From contig CAVRNO010000002.1 of assembly GCA_963722605.1 (NCBI GenBank), positions 548,090 to 612,089 of the forward strand: DNA of 64,000 bases, written 5' to 3'. The notes beneath the pieces are model-generated. The model ran no database searches, had not been told where the DNA came from, and saw only the letters and a list, made by a program, of their open reading frames with translations. Of this stretch, positions 61,673 through 64,000 are shown in pieces (within the stretch, counting starts at the first letter, position 1; each line of letters begins with the position of its first letter). A program made the translations under genes and the position numbers. The DNA is from Candidatus Binataceae bacterium. Lineage in GTDB: Bacteria; Desulfobacterota; Binatia; Binatales; Binataceae.

Positions 61673-62551
61673 CTACACGCCCAGGAAGCGATGCGTGACT
61701 GCCAGGAACTCGTCGAGGCGATCGTGATGCACCCAGTGGCCGGCTTTGTCGATGGTCACCGATTCCGCGTGCTTGAAGGCCCCGATGCGTCCGTCCTTGA
61801 CCCAATCGCCCGCCCACGATTCCGTGCCGCGAACCAGCAGGGTCGGGCAGGCGATGCGGCCCCATATTTCGCGCGCGTCGCGGTTGTTGAACATGTAGGG
61901 CGACGTCGCGTGAACGTAGTTGTCGAACTTCCAGGAGTAAGTGCCGTTTTCGTTGCGGCGAATTCCCCAAATCGTCAGATGGCGCGCCTGCTCGCGGCTC
62001 AACTGCGGATTGGCCTCGATCATGCGCGCCAGCGCCTCCTCGATCGACGGATACTCGCGCACCTTGCGCCGCGCCAGCGTTTGCATCTGGCCGATCCAGT
62101 TGTTCATCCGCTCGTGCGCCGGCGAGTCCTTGATCATTCCGGGCGGCGGACCCATCCCCTCGATCGAAACCACGCGCTTGACCGCGTCGGGATGCGTGCC
62201 GGTGTATTGCAAAACGATCCCGCCGCCGAGCGAATGCCCGATAAGCGTCGCCGGCTCGCTGGCCACCGCGCTCATCAGTTGCGCGAGATCGAGCACGTAG
62301 TCGATCATCGAATAGCCGCTGCCCACGGCCCAGTCGGAGTCGCCGTGGCCGCGAAGGTCGGGGGCGATAATGTGGAAGTGCTCGCGCAGATCGAGCGCGA
62401 CCCAGTCCCAGTTGCGGCAATGGTCGCGGCCGCCGTGCACCAGCACCAGCAGCGGCTTGCCGGGATTGCCCCAATCGACGTAGTGCAGTTTCAGGCGCTG
62501 CGAATAAAAATAATGCGAAGTCGGCCCGATGATGCTATCGGCCATGTGCAT
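61673..62551 (-). CDS. alpha/beta hydrolase fold protein
   Basis: HGGRDHCRNW, nucleophile elbow GHSLGG, C-terminal DKAGHWVHHD. Confidence 0.75.
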   Translation of the reverse strand: MHMADSIIGPTSHYFYSQRLKLHYVDWGNPGKPLLVLVHGGRDHCRNWDWVALDLREHFHIIAPDLRGHGDSDWAVGSGYSMIDYVLDLAQLMSAVASEPATLIGHSLGGGIVLQYTGTHPDAVKRVVSIEGMGPPPGMIKDSPAHERMNNWIGQMQTLARRKVREYPSIEEALARMIEANPQLSREQARHLTIWGIRRNENGTYSWKFDNYVHATSPYMFNNRDAREIWGRIACPTLLVRGTESWAGDWVKDGRIGAFKHAESVTIDKAGHWVHHDRLDEFLAVTHRFLGV

Positions 62552-62587
62552 GCCTCTCCACGAATCCGGTACGGGTTGCGTCAAACG

Positions 62588-63910
62588 CTACAGCTTGGGC
62601 TGGATCTCGTCGAGGGCCGCGCGCGCCGTGCGGATGATGAACTCGATTTCGGCGTCGCCGATGATGAACGGCGGCGTGATCATCATCGCGTCGCCGCCCG
62701 CCTTCCCCGCCATCCCGGTCGCCGGGTAAAAGTACATCCCTTTCCGCACTGACGCGCCCAGCACCCGATTGGTCACTTTTTTCTCAGGCGCAAAAGGTCT
62801 CCGAGTCGCCTTGTCCTGCACCAATTCGATCCCCCAGAACATCCCGGCGCCGCGGATATCGCCGACCATTGGATGCCCCGACAGTTCTTCCTTCAAACTG
62901 GAACCGAGCCTCGCGCCGACTTCTGCCGACCGCTCCACCAGCCGCTCGCGCTCCATGATCGCCAGCACCTCGTCGGCGACCGCGCACGCCACCGGATGCG
63001 AGCTGTAGGTGTAGAACATGAAGTCGGCCTTGGCGCGCTCGAGTTCCTCGACAATCGATTCCTTGACCGCGATCATTCCCATCGGCATGTATCCGCCGGT
63101 CAGTCCCTTGCCGCCGACCAGAATGTCCGGCACCACGCCCCAATGATCGACGCCGAAGCGCCGGCCGGTGCGGCCGAAGCCGGTCATTACTTCGTCGGCT
63201 ATCAGCAGCACGTTGTGGCGCGTGCAGATCTCGCGAATTTTCGGCCAGTATTCCTTGACCGGCGGGACCACGCCGCCGCTCGAGCCCATCATTGGCTCGG
63301 CGATAAACGCGGCGATCGACCCGGCGCCGTTCTTTACAATCTCTTTTTCAAGCGCCGTGGCGCAGTCCAGTTCGCATGACGGGTAGGTTTTCCCCCACGG
63401 ACATCGGTAGCAGTAGCTCGGATCGATCTTCGGCCAGTCGATTAAAACGCGTTCGTAGTCCGCACGCCGCGCGCTCCCGCCTACCGACAACGCCGCGATC
63501 GTGTTGCCGTGATAGGAGAAGCGCCGCCCGATTATCTTGTTCTTCGATTTTTCGCCGCGAGCGTGATGGTAGAGAATCGCGAACTTCAGCGCCGCTTCCA
63601 CCGACTCCGATCCGCCACTGGTGAAAAAGAACCGCGTCATCCCCGCCGGAGTCCACCGCGAGAGCCGCTCGACCAGCCGCTCGCGCTCGGGCGAGGTCCA
63701 GACCGGCACGATGTAATCGAGGTTGGCAATCGTGCGGGCTGCGACCTCGGCAATTTCGCGGCGTCCCTGCCCGACGTTCACCACCACGGCGCCGGCGCCT
63801 GCGTCCAGGAGCTTGAGCCCGTTGGAGGCGTAGAGCCATGGACCTTCGGCGCGCTCGATGCGAAGGGGATCGTGCGTGCCGCGCATGAACATCGGTGGTG
63901 GCTGTGACAT
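62588..63910 (-). CDS. class III (omega) aminotransferase family protein
   Basis: PLP-binding region (LLIADEVMTGFGRTGRRFG), Lys in ...LVGGKGLTGGYMPMG, class III length (440 aa). Confidence 0.85.
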   Translation of the reverse strand: MSQPPPMFMRGTHDPLRIERAEGPWLYASNGLKLLDAGAGAVVVNVGQGRREIAEVAARTIANLDYIVPVWTSPERERLVERLSRWTPAGMTRFFFTSGGSESVEAALKFAILYHHARGEKSKNKIIGRRFSYHGNTIAALSVGGSARRADYERVLIDWPKIDPSYCYRCPWGKTYPSCELDCATALEKEIVKNGAGSIAAFIAEPMMGSSGGVVPPVKEYWPKIREICTRHNVLLIADEVMTGFGRTGRRFGVDHWGVVPDILVGGKGLTGGYMPMGMIAVKESIVEELERAKADFMFYTYSSHPVACAVADEVLAIMERERLVERSAEVGARLGSSLKEELSGHPMVGDIRGAGMFWGIELVQDKATRRPFAPEKKVTNRVLGASVRKGMYFYPATGMAGKAGGDAMMITPPFIIGDAEIEFIIRTARAALDEIQPKL

Positions 63911-64000
63911 AGCCGAATCTTAACCGTGATTCGATGCGGCGGGCAACGCGCGGCCAATCTCGCGCCGCCGCCGGATGACGCGCTACTTGATCGCGCCCGC

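Overview
This 64 kb window is high-GC (roughly 65-70%) chromosomal DNA from a diderm (Gram-negative-type) bacterium, supported by lptB, a GspC-like protein and lipoproteins with lipoboxes. Most of it is densely packed housekeeping genes:

- glpX and an archaeal-type phosphoglycerate mutase;
- an aminotransferase-hom-thrC cluster;
- ubiB and suhB;
- glpK, gshA, a D-Ala-D-Ala carboxypeptidase, an acyl-ACP desaturase and sppA;
- hisD-hisB-hisA, then murA, prmC, prfA and rpmE;
- a ClC chloride channel and two aminotransferases.

Five accessory or unusual regions interrupt this backbone:

1. A tRNA-Arg(CCG) at 13925..13996, followed by an AT-rich boundary and a lower-GC islet of about 5 kb. The islet holds a large SGNH hydrolase and unknown membrane proteins. 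No integrase is present.
2. A low-GC Flp-pilin / TadE / TadE / TadG-vWA minor-pilin cassette at 38.5-42 kb, inserted next to the his genes. It carries no Tad assembly machinery.
3. A family of nested palindromic REP/MITE-like repeats with at least 4 copies. In three copies the central TGA/TCA is the stop codon of an adjacent gene, and all three proteins end in QG.
4. A gene for a secreted protein inserted between prmC and murA, flanked by a roughly 145 bp duplication of the prmC 3' end.
5. Two candidate operons. One combines two secreted proteins, a DapA-family lyase and a PfkB-kinase/SIS-isomerase fusion. The other combines a double-FHA membrane protein, a Zn-ribbon membrane protein, a Ser/Thr kinase and a PHP phosphoesterase.

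A RelE/Phd toxin-antitoxin pair is also present. At least seven genes carry apparent single-base frameshifts, including glpK (within a T6 run) and sppA. This points to indel errors in a draft or long-read assembly rather than true pseudogenes. I found no CRISPR array, rRNA, transposase or integrase. Many long ORFs in the six-frame track are antisense artefacts of the high GC content.
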